From assembly GCF_964204645.1 (NCBI RefSeq), contig NC_134028.1, positions 24,362,345 to 24,426,344 on the forward strand: 64,000 nt of DNA, given 5' to 3'. The notes beneath the pieces were generated by a model that had not been told where the DNA came from, ran no database searches, and was given only the letters and a program-made list of their open reading frames with translations. The stretch comes from Tubulanus polymorphus. Its lineage: Eukaryota; Animalia; Nemertea. A program made the position numbers and the translations under genes. Below are positions 1 to 13,456 of the stretch, piece after piece (position 1 is the stretch's first letter; every line of letters starts with the position of its first letter).

Positions 1-3000
1 ACCCTACAAATCGGGAGTGTACTAAAGAAAGTTCTTTCATAACAGATTTTGTGGTATTCGAACCCACCACCAGTTGTAATCAGTACAACCTACCAGCAAG
101 GAGGTAATTCCCTTCATTTCGAAAATTGACTCCGCACCTGGCAGAATCTGAAGGAGTGTATATTTCCATATCTTCACCAAGCATAATATTGTTGAAAATT
201 CCCGATTTTGAAGCTTTTACCTATAAATATCGCAAAATGGATGAATTCAAATTTGACGGTCAAAGACAGAGATCAGTTGCCAATCAGGGATAAAGTCTAA
301 TGTATTGGATCGTTAGATTAATTATAGAGTCTGCAGGTGATACGTTCCACAGAACACTTATAAAATCCCATTTAATCTTCAATTTGTATTACCGGTATCG
401 TGACTATTTGCCTAATCTTATAAGTCGTTCTGTGAAACGATGTTTTAAGTTAGTGATTTAGGTTAAAGGAAAAGCCCCTAAAGCCGAGCCTTATAGTAAC
501 GAAACCGCACACAGCAATGCATATGAGAAATGATACTGAAGTCAAGTTTTTACACAATTATCGATTTGTTTTTTTCATATTTTTGACTGTACTAACCCGG
601 ACTATTTCCAGCAATTTAGCATTGTATACGCGATAATCCCCAATGATGTCGTTCTCTCCCAGATGGGCACCGATTACTGAAAGTAATCAAATTTGCAAAT
701 ATACAAGTATCAAGTAATTAACCGGCCCTTAGTCGATGGAGGTGCCGATTGTACCTAATAGGATCGGATTTATGACCGTTTATGACTTTTAACCAAGGTT
801 TTAAACTTAATCATTCATTAGTCAAAAATAGCCGCGGGTTATAACTAATCTTTACATGAGTAGACCCGAGAGTCTTGAGTGTCGAAACCAATGATTTTCC
901 TTTTCAAAATGTATAAAACCAAGGATTGACTTTTGTGCTCTTAGTCTGTCGAACCCTAATTCAATCATCCGAGGATTGCTTTTCTTTTGGAATCCGGACT
1001 CGGGCTTATCGGGCAGGGTTTCAGGCCGTGGCCGACTCGATGCCACCTGGTTCGAATCCAGGCCGGGGACCGATGAGTCGTAAATACATTTTTTGTTTTT
1101 TCTAATTGAAAACTCGGATTTGAATAATTCGTGGATTACCGAAATCATAACCGCAGTATTTTTCCATCGTAAGAGGATCCAAATATGGGGGTAAACAGGA
1201 ACAAGCCTCCGAACCCGCTGCCAATGACGTCACCAATATAACCACGGAAAGAATGAGCTTCATCGTGTGACACTATTCAATATGGAAACCTGTGATAAAA
1301 CAAAACTCATATTTCGATGAAATGAAATGTTCTTAAAAAATACTATCAAGTAATTTGGACCCGGGCCGTATTTACAGAATACTATCTAATAAAACTAGAA
1401 ACGCCCGTGAATTGGGCCCGAAATCGGTTTTATATTGAAAGTGTTCTAAACGCGTCAAAATCATTCTTCAATTATTTTAATGGTGGCAGATTCGGAAGGA
1501 AAATTGAAATAAGAACAGGAAAAATGGAAAATACATTTTCATCATTCGAGTATTTCCCCCATACGATCTCGGAAGGACTGGAGAATAAAACAAAGAGTGA
1601 AAGTTGTGATGAAATTGAATTCAATCGATTGGAAAAAGGAAAAAAAACTTTTTGCAAATCGCTAGATTGGAAATTGAGACGGCTATAAGAAAAACGAAAT
1701 TGATGGAAAAATTGTGATGAAAACACGAAGTGGGACTAAACAAAAAGGATTTCTATTTAATTTGATTAATTATGCAGAATTATGGGAGAGTCTAATTAAT
1801 TAACAAAATAAGGCCTTTGTAAAATCCTTCAATTATTGTTCTAACGACACGACGAAATAAATGACTTTGAACTTCGACTTTGAAAACTTTCTCTGTTTAA
1901 ACAAGTGTAACTTTGTATGTTTAAACGAAAGTTCGAAAATAAGGGTCGCCGAATACAACGAATCCTAATAAACAATTATCTTTGTTGTAATTATAAAATC
2001 TGTTTTTCTACGTCAGTGAATCAGCAATTTTCTTACTACAGGTAGATCTTACAGGCTTTCTTACCAGATCGTACTTCTGAAAAAATGTCTTACCTCCTTT
2101 TCTATAGTGAATATTAAGTCCCCTGTTTTTCTCAGTGAAGATCGCAGGCTTATATGAATTTCTAGTTGAATCGTATCGGAGTTACCAGACTGCGCCAAAG
2201 ATACGGTTCGCTTGATCGAAAAGATAAGTTTGCATTTTGCAATCTTTATGTTCGTTCCGTGATTGGTGACATGTGGTTTAAGTGTGTTTCGCACAATAGA
2301 GTCTGATCTTCGTCGCGCATGACGTGTCAAGATATAATTTAGCCAAACTCGTGCCATACAATGTTTTGTGGTACTTTTTCTATTGGGGACTGTTCGAACA
2401 TTTTGAAAAAAATGATAGTGTCCTTTGATATTAAGCAATTCCTATACTATCGGCGGAAGTGTTATACTGAATGTATATTGTCGTCTTCTGAACACGTAGT
2501 TTTTAGTTCTATAAAATGAGATAAGATATGTATCTTATTTTGAAGGATCGATGAATTTGCTCCAAACGTTACCTCATTTATAACGTCCATGCTGAGCTAA
2601 ACTTAAGGCTACGAAACCCAGCCCGGTGCACTCAATACTCTGCTTCCCAGACAGCGCATAAAAGATTGCCCGTTTTATAATTAAGCAAATTCGTCTGGAT
2701 AGACCAGGCCACCAGGACCCAGTTCTACAGTTATGAGTAGAGATTTGACTCGGAGTTAACTCTAACTCACAACTATGGAACTGAAATCTAGGCTGAAAGT
2801 AAACAAACTGAATTTCTGATTGGCTAATAATAACATCACAACAACGCACAAAAGATTTTTTATTTTTTAACGCGTCAGAATCTATCGATGTCATCAAGTT
2901 CCGTGGCGGGGAGGGGGTAGAAGATCGCTTTGATAAATTAGCAAATGTCACCAATAGAATTGACTGATATCAGTCACAGTCACTTCGCAGCTTTAGAGAT

Positions 3001-3725
3001 CACACATCGAAATCAGACATTGTTTTGTTTAGTTAGGCATTCCGCATTGAGTGATGAAATCTATTATTTTCCTCTTCTTTACTCATAACTATCCTACACT
3101 TTATATCCTCATCAACAACTCTTTTAGTAGTTAAACTCACAGCTTGTTACGTGCGGTTGAAAACGCCATTTCATCATACTCGAGATCGGATTTTGGAAGA
3201 AGAAGTTTGTTGGAAGTTAGGAGACGAGTGTTCTATATCTATTATTCCAACGACTGATGTATTGACGTAAACATATACCAGATAAAATACAAATCTTTTG
3301 ATATCAAATCTGACTGTAAGGCCATGGTCCAGAGAGAAAGAAAAGACATAAATCGCATAAAGCAGCCATATCAAAGGTCACAGGCGGGGTCCCACCCTCG
3401 ATGTTAAGATATCTTTGAAGAATTACCAGGCCCGTGCTGAGGGGGATACCCCCTAAAATACTCTTCAAATTACTAGGACGAGTATCAAAGTTGCAGGTTT
3501 TAACGATATCCATCTTGACGAAAAAGGTAACTTCAATGAGAAGACAAGGGTTCAGACCACCGGATGGCCACACCACTGAGCCTATACAGCGACCGTGCTC
3601 CATCGCATGGGCCCCTATTTCAAATATACGACTAACTCCGATAACAGACGTTCGCCCAGACAGTGGATATCTAACATTGAGATAACACAACTAAAAAAAA
3701 TTATATGAAGTCCGAAAACGAAGCG

Positions 3726-3767
3726 ATTTCCGAAGATGACTGTTAGAAAAAAGTCGAAACGTCGAAT
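3726..3767 (+). ncRNA. Penelope-type hammerhead motif with mutated core
   Basis: ATTT-CCGAAGA-T-GACT-loop-AGTC-GAAA-CGTC-GAAT-AAA, followed by ctactagctgaaggaaacatt, a flank shared with the 8157 copy. Confidence 0.55.
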
Positions 3768-6448
3768 AAACTACTAGCTGAAGGAAACATTTCGGACCTT
3801 AAAATATTTTTTCGCCATAATTGTGGGTTCCTTTATTCATTGTCGCCACAACACGGATATAGCGTTTTAATCAATGGTTAGTACACAACCAGAAGATGCC
3901 ACGACCACAAACTATGGTTCGGTTTTTTTATCTCGTATTTTGACCGCACTCGTTTTCGATCATCTTGGCGTCGCCGAGCAAGAGAAGCAACTATTGTTTA
4001 CAACATACATTGATTCGATTTTCGCGAACACGGAACACGCGGCCACCACTAAGTTCAATAAATTGCCCCAATCAGTGAATCATCCCCGCAGCTCGGTTTT
4101 GTTCTCTTCACTTGCTCGACGCTTATGTATGTAATTGCAACTACCCCGCGTTAGAACGCGTAAAACATAATCATCTTCAAATAAGAAACGTTACGCTTTC
4201 ATGCGCAATGTTTCTATTTGTGACTAGCACTGCGAGCGTCCAGTTTTCGTCAACGAGTCTTATTGCACCATCATCGACGATAGCGGCGGCCGTCGTTACC
4301 GCGACCGACCCGATATGAATATCCGTATATACCGGCGGGAGTTCATCCTTCGCGATCCCTCTTCAGTTTAGACGGAGCCACGTAACTTTTCGACCGGATT
4401 ATCAACTCTGAAACCGGTGGAAATTCAAAATGTTGAACGTATAACAAACCATCCCAAAACGTGATATGGTTTATAATAATGCATCGAGAAGTTTCGTTCA
4501 CTACGAAGCAACTAAACATTAGGGATATATTGATTAGGGTAAGTAAAAATATACGTAATTATATCATCGAAATTCCACTTCCGAAAAACTGGTAGTAGGT
4601 TTAAAGCATTTTCAGTAGTCAGAACAATTCAGAACTTAATATCTAATGTGCACCAGCCTTCGCCGGAGGTAGCTGGATGGTGAAATTAGTGCTCGAACTT
4701 ATTGCGCAGTTCACGGCTCTGACAAGACGGACCAATAATGACCGGGTTACTGGGCGTACATTTTTGGCAATGGGTCCATGTTTCAGTGTCAACAAGTGCA
4801 GACTGTAATATTTATAGGGTTAGTAGATGATCACCTACATCTGTTCAAATTAACGCCGCTTTCTTCGCGCGGCCGTGACGTAAAACCGTTGGCAACTATA
4901 TAACGTGAGCTGTCTTAAGTCGGCCGCTTTCAGCTTCGAACAACTGTCAAATTTCATTATAGAAATGTTGCATCTGATAGGAAGGTCTACAACCTAACTC
5001 CCGCGCGCTCAACATGTATTCTATGAATGAAATAACCTTCTATTCAAAAAATTACACCGCTCGTTATTCTGCATCTTACGTACGCGGAAGTGACGTCAGA
5101 AAATAATACGTTCCTTAAACTTGCAAAACTTCGGAGCACTCCCATAAAACAATATTTCCAAATTACTCTGGTGGGAGTTAGAAAGAGGCACTGACCGTAC
5201 CACGGCGTGTATAATCACGCCATATTGGGGAGTTTGTACACAAAGTCATACCATTTCTTTATTCCATTTAAAAAGTCATTCGTTCCAAGACCACAGGCTT
5301 ATACCTTACAAAAAATGTGTGTTGTGGCTGTGAATTATTCAGGTTTTGCGTGTGTTCGGCTGCTGACTATGCATAATGTTGGGGTAATTTGTCTGTCGAT
5401 TCAGTCTACGATGTTCCCCGTGATCTACCTGTAGTAATTGACTACAGCTGGACTCTGCAGGTATCGGGGCTGTCTAAATTAGCCACTAAACCACTAGTTG
5501 CTTGCCAGACAGGTCTTTGAGGGGAAGCGTACAGCACAACGATGACGCCATGTCTGACGGCTGATAAACTGCCGGCGTTCACAAAAACTATGTCTAACAT
5601 ACGCCCATCATTTGCAGCCATATCATTCACTACTTCACTCATCCTTGCGGCGAGTATTCAGAATTTAATCTAGTTTGGAAACTTTTCTAGTTACTCATAG
5701 AACACTGGGGCTTCAAGTCTCGATACGAAACATCACCTTCAACTAAGAATTTTCTTCATTTTATATATTTAAACCATCAATCAGCCATTCACCATTTAGT
5801 CAGAGATGAGAAACCAGGACGAACAGTTTTTGAGAGTTTGCTGATGAACATCGAATGTCCGACGTTCGTTGTCGCAGGCGAATTCGTAAACTGTGACGCG
5901 TGGACGATAAAAACATTGGACGAATGGTGATAAATGTACGTTAACTGTCTGAAGGGGTGTAGAGTTCAGGAAACATATCGATACCTGCTCAACTATTACG
6001 CTATCAACCGCGTCCATTATTCGTGTAATTTGGTTTTTAATCAGGAACCGAAGTCATATTTCAGTCTCTCAATTGGATTACGTCGCAAATGTACATAAAG
6101 TCTGGTCGAACCAGATTGAATTCTCAACAGACAGGGAAGGAATCCTGTCGATAAATTGCCAATTCCTTAAATAAACATTTGTCATGTTCGCCGCTGCCTC
6201 GATCTCCGGAGATTCGAGGGAATATCAGAGCGACAACGCATTCCGCGATCATCGCGCCGAGACGACAATCTCTGGGGTGACTTCAGGGCTTACATTCGAC
6301 GTATCAGGCTGATATGAAATGACATGATATCTCCTTTTTGGAAAGAAGGGGACTATGTAGATTGTGAATAATGACGCCATAGTTTGTTTGCCCGCTAGCG
6401 CTCGAGATTTACCATGTACACGACCAAAAAAAACCAATATGGTCATTC

Positions 6449-6624
6449 AAGCCCAACGCATACGAAACAGAGGGAAACAGAAACACTGAAACATACATGT
6501 TTGATTTCGAAAGCGTTGTTACCGAATCCACGTTTCTCATAAACGCGCTCGACACATGGAAGCGCCCAGAAACATTTTTCTATTTTCTGTGTGCGTGTTC
6601 CCTTGCGTCGTATGAGTTGGGCTT
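6449..6624. mobile_element. MITE, AAGCCCAACGCACACG-type TIR family (PIF/Harbinger-like), copy 1
   Basis: Ends aagcccaacgcatacg ... cgtatgagttgggctt; internal sequence similar to the copies at 13274 and 20278. Confidence 0.6.
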
Positions 6625-7234
6625 TTAAGATTCTGAGTAACCGCCAAAAGAAGATATCTAGCCGTCAAAGTGACGTCGATCGCGTGAACGAAAGCTCACG
6701 GCTACACGATCCCCACGATCCCCATGTAAATGTATACTCGTAGGCTTACTACAAATTATCCCAGACCTGTGTGTGCATACACAATGCACCAGGGTCACAA
6801 AAAACATAAGTTCGCGTACTTTCGGTAGAAATGTTTGGTTGGATCGATTTGAACAGGTTGAACACTCGGCTCCCAGGTAGAAGTGCGAGCGGCAAAGATG
6901 CAAGAGAAATTTCACCACAGGATATCCTGCAACGCGTTAACCGATACACTCTTACCTCAGTCAGTAATTGGTTTAATAATATGAATCGGTATAGCTCGCC
7001 GTCGCTGAACAAAACGCGAAAATCACTGAGCAGAAACAAGCGTAAACAATTGATACAGATTTCTTTTTTTTTTATTTTGCCGATGAGGGATTCGTCTGGA
7101 TCGAAGGTCGGCACGAGTCCAACTATGGAATTATATTGATACGACCTTGAAGGTGACCTCATAACCGAAGAACGGGCTCGAAATAAAAAAAAAGTTGTCA
7201 TGAAAAAATAAAGCTATTGCCCCTAGGTACAACA

Positions 7235-7258
7235 ATATATATATATATATATATATAT
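7235..7258. repeat. (AT)n microsatellite
   Basis: Direct read. Confidence 0.9.
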
Positions 7259-8156
7259 CTAAAATGCAATGGGAAATAACGCGCGGTAATTTCGGGAGTC
7301 GCGTTTGAGGCTGAGCCCGAGAACCAGTGTCGCCTATGGCTTGCTTTTATGGAACTTTACCATAATTCATCTGCCGCAACTACACGCGCACTGGGTTCAA
7401 ATCGACAGAGTTTCTCGATGTCATCAGGGTCGAGTCCCGCCGAGGTAGAATGGCGACTTTGTTGATTGACTCAAAAAACTCAGTCACGAAAACGATGACA
7501 CATCGTTTATATTTAGAACAGTAATTGTTTGGCTTGGAGCCCGAATTTTTTTTGGTACGTAATGATTAGTGAGTAGGCGATGGGATGACCGACTCATCGC
7601 CTGCCATCACTCGAAGAGTCCAATCAAACTTTTACTCATGGCTTCAATCCCCGATAATCTCGGCGTTATCGATGGTTCGCTGTTCGGACTAAACTAATCG
7701 ATACTCCCAATCGATAAATCAATGTATAGTCACACGATTCAATAAAATCTTTTGATACGATTCGGAATCGTGTCCCAGCAGTGATGCTAGATCACGAGCG
7801 AATCTTTATCGCTTTTTTTTCTATTTCCTTTTTTTTCTCTGTATTTTTCTCATTCGATCGTTTGACGAAACTGCAAATTGCAATTTCTGAAATTTATCCT
7901 TAATTTGCTTAAGATTACGCAGAAATAGCTTTTCCAGAACGAATTAAGATGATATGAGTAAATAAGAAGTTCGTGTTTGAGTTGGCATTTTCCTGATTTC
8001 ATGCGGTGAAAATTCAAAGTAAGCAATTCATTCCGAAGATAAGACCGTCAAATCACCATTGATAAAACACTATGGATCCGCGTTGTGACGATGATAATAA
8101 CGAAATTCAATGACAAAAAACTTAAATCAGATAATGTTTCCTTTAGCTGGTAGTTT

Positions 8157-8208
8157 ATTCAACGTTTCGACAGTATTCAAATCATCAATTCAAGTCATCT
8201 TCAGGAAT
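8157..8208 (-). ncRNA. Penelope-type minimal hammerhead ribozyme motif with intact core
   Basis: Minus strand reads ATTC-CTGAAGA-T-GAC-(22 nt)-GTC-GAAA-CGTT-GAAT-AAA: stem I ATTC/GAAT, CUGANGA and GAAA boxes, palindromic AACGTT in place of stem III. Confidence 0.65.
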
Positions 8209-9183
8209 GCAGTTGTATTCCTCGTTATTCCAATTTTACGGACTTTTTTCGTCATTATTGTGGGATTTCTGTGATATGAAAAAGAATTTCGCTGATATAA
8301 GCCTAAAGATATTATCCTGCGCAACAATCATTGGGATTTTCATTGTTTTGGTCTGGCTATATTTACAACATAATGCGAGATGAAACTATGGAGGCTGATT
8401 CGGGCCATATGAAAATTATGAATATGAATATCACCACCAATTCTTTTTTATATGACTCAGAAACGCCAGGTCAAAACGAACTTTTCGATCTAAAAGAACA
8501 GATTCGTGGAGATTGCGTCTAACTTGCGTCTAAATGGTTTCAACGCGGCGTTAAAAGATTAATGGAGATTGAGTATTAGACATATTTTGTATTTCGGTCG
8601 GATCCGCCACCATAAAAAAACCGATAATATATGCATAACTTGATTGATATTGGATGGAAATATGAATTATTAAAAGTACCACTGACACTAGCAACAGGTT
8701 CAGTGAATTAAAATTCCAGACATGAAACGCCCGACCGACCGACCGGTCGACTGATCGAGACGTGTCGGTGATGGTGTTTTTTTCTGGTGCCTGGACGCGT
8801 CGCACGCTCCGCCACATATAATCTTACGATGTAAAATCGATCATAATGCATTTTCGGAGTCAATATGACGCTGACAAAGTACTTCCGCGACTGTTTGGAT
8901 GCCTTAAGTAAACCGGACTTCATTTCTCTCCTCTCTCGACGCTCTCACAAATAGCGATATAATTTTGCGCTCTAATTTCATCATCAGATCGTCGATCGCC
9001 GTTACGAAAGATTGGTCTTTAGAATTAAGTACCATTCGCAATATTTCCAAACGAACGATCTAATTCAAGCAATGCTTTTGCAATTTCAGCTTTTTGTTGA
9101 AATCCCATTTAAAAATATATTCGCGTAGCAGAAATTATTGTACGGAATATCACTCATTCCGTATTTTTGGAAAGTAAAAACCG

Positions 9184-9293
9184 CAGTTGCTCGAAATTTG
9201 GTTCAGGTTAATCGGATATACTCAAGGCTTCACTGCAAATCTAAACGTCACCAACGACCGTCTGGTTAACTCCAACCAATTTTTGAGCAACTG
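9184..9293. mobile_element. palindromic MITE-like element
   Basis: cagttgctcgaaatttggtt ... aaccaatttttgagcaactg inverted repeats. Confidence 0.55.
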
Positions 9294-10949
9294 GTCCCAC
9301 AGGTTTACGCATTAAGTTACTTCTTTTCGTGATTAGTTTAAGATATCTTTCTCATTTTATATTCAATGAAGTTTACGAGATGATTGTGGCGCTTTCTCTG
9401 CAATTTTCAATTTTGCAACTGGTGTCGTGTGCAGTGTGTGCAGTGTGTGTGTCCGCTGCACATACTGACGATGTGAACCCTACAGACTCCACGGAGACGT
9501 CACAGAGCATATAAACGCTTGATTATGGGGAAGATTTCAAATATGATCGGCCATGGCTATCCTGATTATTGGATATCAAATTTGATTAGCCGGCTAGATA
9601 TAGGGCCAATCAGTTGAGTTATTAACTGGCAGAGATATTGCAAGACGTGAGTTAGCTATGTGTGTGTGTGTGTGTGTTGAGTATGTTTGTGATGTGCGTG
9701 GCTACTGCCTCCAGAACTGCTGAAGTTACTGACGTCTTGAGCCACGAAGGTCGAATATTTCTTTTCGATCATCTCGATATTTTCGATAACAAAATAACGT
9801 CAGAAGGAGAAGAAAATGAAAAGTACATTAAAAAGGAAGAGCTCGAAACAATGATTTCTTTACTTTGATAAAACATCATATTGAAGTCGATTTTTTGGGT
9901 GCACTAATAAATCCGGAAGTCTAAGGAGGGTTCTGCACTCGCCTAGTGGCAAGTGAGGACTCCAAGGCGAAAACAACATGCATTAAGACAACGATGTCAT
10001 CGGTCAGAATCTAACTAATTTCCTAAAATTCAATGAATGATAAATGAAAATCCCGTCATATCAATATCTACGAATCCAAAAGATCAATTTTCGTTTATCA
10101 ATGCGAGACGGGATTTAGTCTAATTCTAGTATGCGAGAGGCTGAATATCTAGATGAAAATGAACAGCATTAACTTCTATACAACATTATCTACTCAGGAA
10201 AGAAAAAAACTAATAGAAACTATTCTGACACGTGGAAAATTACCAACAAAATACAATACAGAATAAGAGGGACCGTTTTCTATTTCACGATCAAAATGAA
10301 CTTTTGTTGATTGAGTCGTCCTTTCCGGTTGAGGTTACTGGTTGCACGGGGTCGTCGTTCTAACAAGGTCTTGTCTGGCAATGGAACACGAGAGAGAAGC
10401 TTCATCTCATCGATCGCGGTTAGATAAGTTTCCTATGATCTATTAGTACAGTAATTAAGACGCGCTTACTGTTACTCCATTCGTTTATCTACGCTACAAA
10501 TACCACCGGCGGAGAAACCAACCCTAACCTCTCCCGCGCCGGCCAGAAGCGTCTATCACCCCAATATACACCCCGGGGTCACGCCGTTACGCGTATTGAA
10601 GACAAGGCCAAAGGCCAGAAAACCTTCGAGTCTGAATTAGTTCGTTTAAGGGCCTTATTGCAACAACGCCCGTAAAAGATAAATGTTTGTGAAAACCCAA
10701 GCTAACCTCATTTTGGTTTCTTTGAGGATAGAATTTAGTGAGAACTGCGAATCTGTCAGAAAATAAATGGTTTAATCGTAAACTAGTGGTTTTAACTTTT
10801 ACACTGTTTTTATCAACGATGGGTGAATCGTTTATTGGTTTGTTACGATGCGACGGAAAAGGCAGAGCGTTTCAGACGTCGTGGTGGGAAAAAAGGAGTT
10901 ATGACGAAATGTTATACACCTGTAAATACGAGGTGGAAGACGTTACTGA

Positions 10950-11975
10950 CTCTATAGCACTCGGTTGAATGGTGGAAGCGTGCATCACCTGGTGTATCTG
11001 TGAGTGAACCTGGAAACTGGAAGAGCAACATTGTGGATTAGCACTGAAGGCTACACGGATATCTGACCCAATAGAAATGGATGCGAAGCTTACAGCGAGA
11101 TGAGATGTGCTGATGTTACTGATGTTTGCTGCTGTTCCTCTTTAACACGCACGCTAACCAACCGACGCTTGTTTCAAGACACACGATTTTGATATCGGCG
11201 CAGATATAAACTGACTATCTGGACGTAAAAGCTGCGCATCTATTATTGAAGCCGCTACAACCGATCGAAAAATGGATTATCGCAACAGTGTCGGATATAC
11301 TTGCCGGATTAACTTGTTTGGCTTAGTGCGGAGATAAGCGTCCCGGCTGGCTATACGAGCCAGAAGCACAAACCAGATTCCCGTAAGGCAAATACACCAC
11401 GCAATCTCTTGGACCATTTCGATCCTGTGAGTTCAGCGTTCTGTTCATCTTCCACTTCAACGAGTAGAATTCGAACTACAAAAACTGCAGATATTGCGTC
11501 GACGCGAGTTTTTTGGATATGATGGCGTCTGTTCGTATTGGGATCCAGTTTGCCCCCTTTTACAGTAAAATCAGGAAGTGCCGTTGGTTCAGTCATATCC
11601 CAGGCTGAACCGGACGACTCTCTCAGCGCGACGGATGTCCAAATCTGCGCCGTCATAGTTGCCGCTTAACCCGGCCGGTGCTGTCAACGGTTCGACTGCC
11701 GTCATCGGCGACTGTGTCCCGACCACAACGCGTGAGCAAGATGGCTAACGGGCAGCCATTGTATACTTAATAGGCGAGGAAATCACCGAAATCTCTCAGT
11801 ATCGCCAAAACCTTTCACGCCTTATCTCGCCCTCGACAATAGGATACTATAAACACTATAAACACTGTTATATACGAAATCATATCAACAAAAACAACAA
11901 CAGTTTTTCAATATCGGATATATTTGTGTATATGTATTATTGATACGAAAACGCAAACAATTCTCTGAATATAAG
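10950..11975 (+). other. candidate non-coding first exon (5' leader) of NDNF
   Basis: Consensus donor AAG|GTAAGT at 11975/11976 ends a relatively GC-rich stretch. The NDNF ATG exon has an acceptor 11 nt upstream of the ATG, so an upstream exon is expected. The start coordinate is a guess. Confidence 0.3.
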
Positions 11976-12470
11976 GTAAGTAAGTTCGTAGAAATATTTC
12001 TTCATGACGGCGGTTCCGTACTGTGACGACGAGATAGATTCCGTATGAATATGTATGTGCATTTTTCTTCTTCTCAGACGTTTTAGAAAAAATGACGGGA
12101 GATATTCATGTACCAGACCGTCATCGACTGAAGTTCGGATCGAAACTGGGTTACTACTAATTTCAACTATTTAATTAGGAACCCTCGACTAAGCGATTTG
12201 TTTACGTTGCGATGTTATTTTCGAAGAATCGAAAACTACTTAAGCTCCGATCGAAAACTGTAACGACAATTTGTAAGCAACTATATAGAAAAAAGGTTAA
12301 GTCGAATTCATCGACGTCACATTTGTATCGGCCGCATACACCTAATAAAATAAACTCCAGTTGTAACGGAAATTAACATCGCAATTTCGAACTTAATATT
12401 TTGATTATAGGATTTTCTTTGATTTCATACATTGATTAGTGAGTTCTATAGAAACTCGTTAACTATACGT

Positions 12471-12641
<171 letters not shown>

Positions 12642-13273
12642 GATGTTGATGAAGTGGCTATAGGCAAGAACTTGTGTTCGGTTTATTTAAGATGTTGTCG
12701 CCAGATATATCGCTATTTCAATAAAGATAACGCCCATATAACGTTCCCGTACAGATACGCTTTATAGATAAGGATATAGTGCGTAGTATGAGTGAGAGAT
12801 GTCGTAGTGGTTCTAAAACATATGTATATTTCATGGATAGTACCATAGGTAAACGTTCGGCGTATTTTCTAACCAAACAGTAGAATCCTGAACACCCACT
12901 AGGCACTGTTTGTAATAGGCCTGAAACCTCGGGGCATAACAACATCATCGTATAGCTTAGCGGCATTTTCGGTTTGAATTTATTCAATCGTGAGTTTTTG
13001 CAATTATTAGCGATTGGGTGACGTGGGCTTGCGAATTGCGATGCTCTCGAAACTATAGTAGAAGTATATATAAAGCATAATAGAAATTTTAGTTAAATAC
13101 TCACTACTTCATTAGATATTTAATAAGTAAATTATGGTATATATTAGTGATTAGTAAATAGCTGATTATTTCGTAAATAACCGATTTTTCCAAATATAGA
13201 ATAAAGATTTGTGGATATCAATATCGATTGAAGATGATACTCGAATTGAATAGTAAAGCCTTCAAGTCCAATA

Positions 13274-13456
13274 AAGCCCGACGCCACAGGAAAACGCGCA
13301 ATAATTAGACGCACGGAATCAACCACGTTTGATCTAGGAAACATCGTTCCCGAAACTATGTTCTCGTAAACGCACACGACACGACACGGGGAAACGCTCG
13401 GAAACATGTTTCTATCTTCTGTTTCCGTGTTTCCAAGCGTCGTGTGCGTCGGGCTT
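13274..13456. mobile_element. same MITE family, copy 2
   Basis: aagcccgacgccac ... gtgtgcgtcgggctt in a TWA-like context. Confidence 0.6.

Noticed and set aside
3304-3690. 128-aa and 83-aa ORFs next to the first hammerhead copy as Penelope coding remnants
   Set aside because: No RT or GIY-YIG motif recognised in the frames examined.
5442-5642. GRMLDIVFVN resembling a LINE endonuclease LDLVFTN motif
   Set aside because: Single short motif with no other endonuclease or RT motifs nearby.
7405-7435. other CTGATGA...GAAA matches (also about 40737 and 61100)
   Set aside because: Stem II and stem I cannot form.
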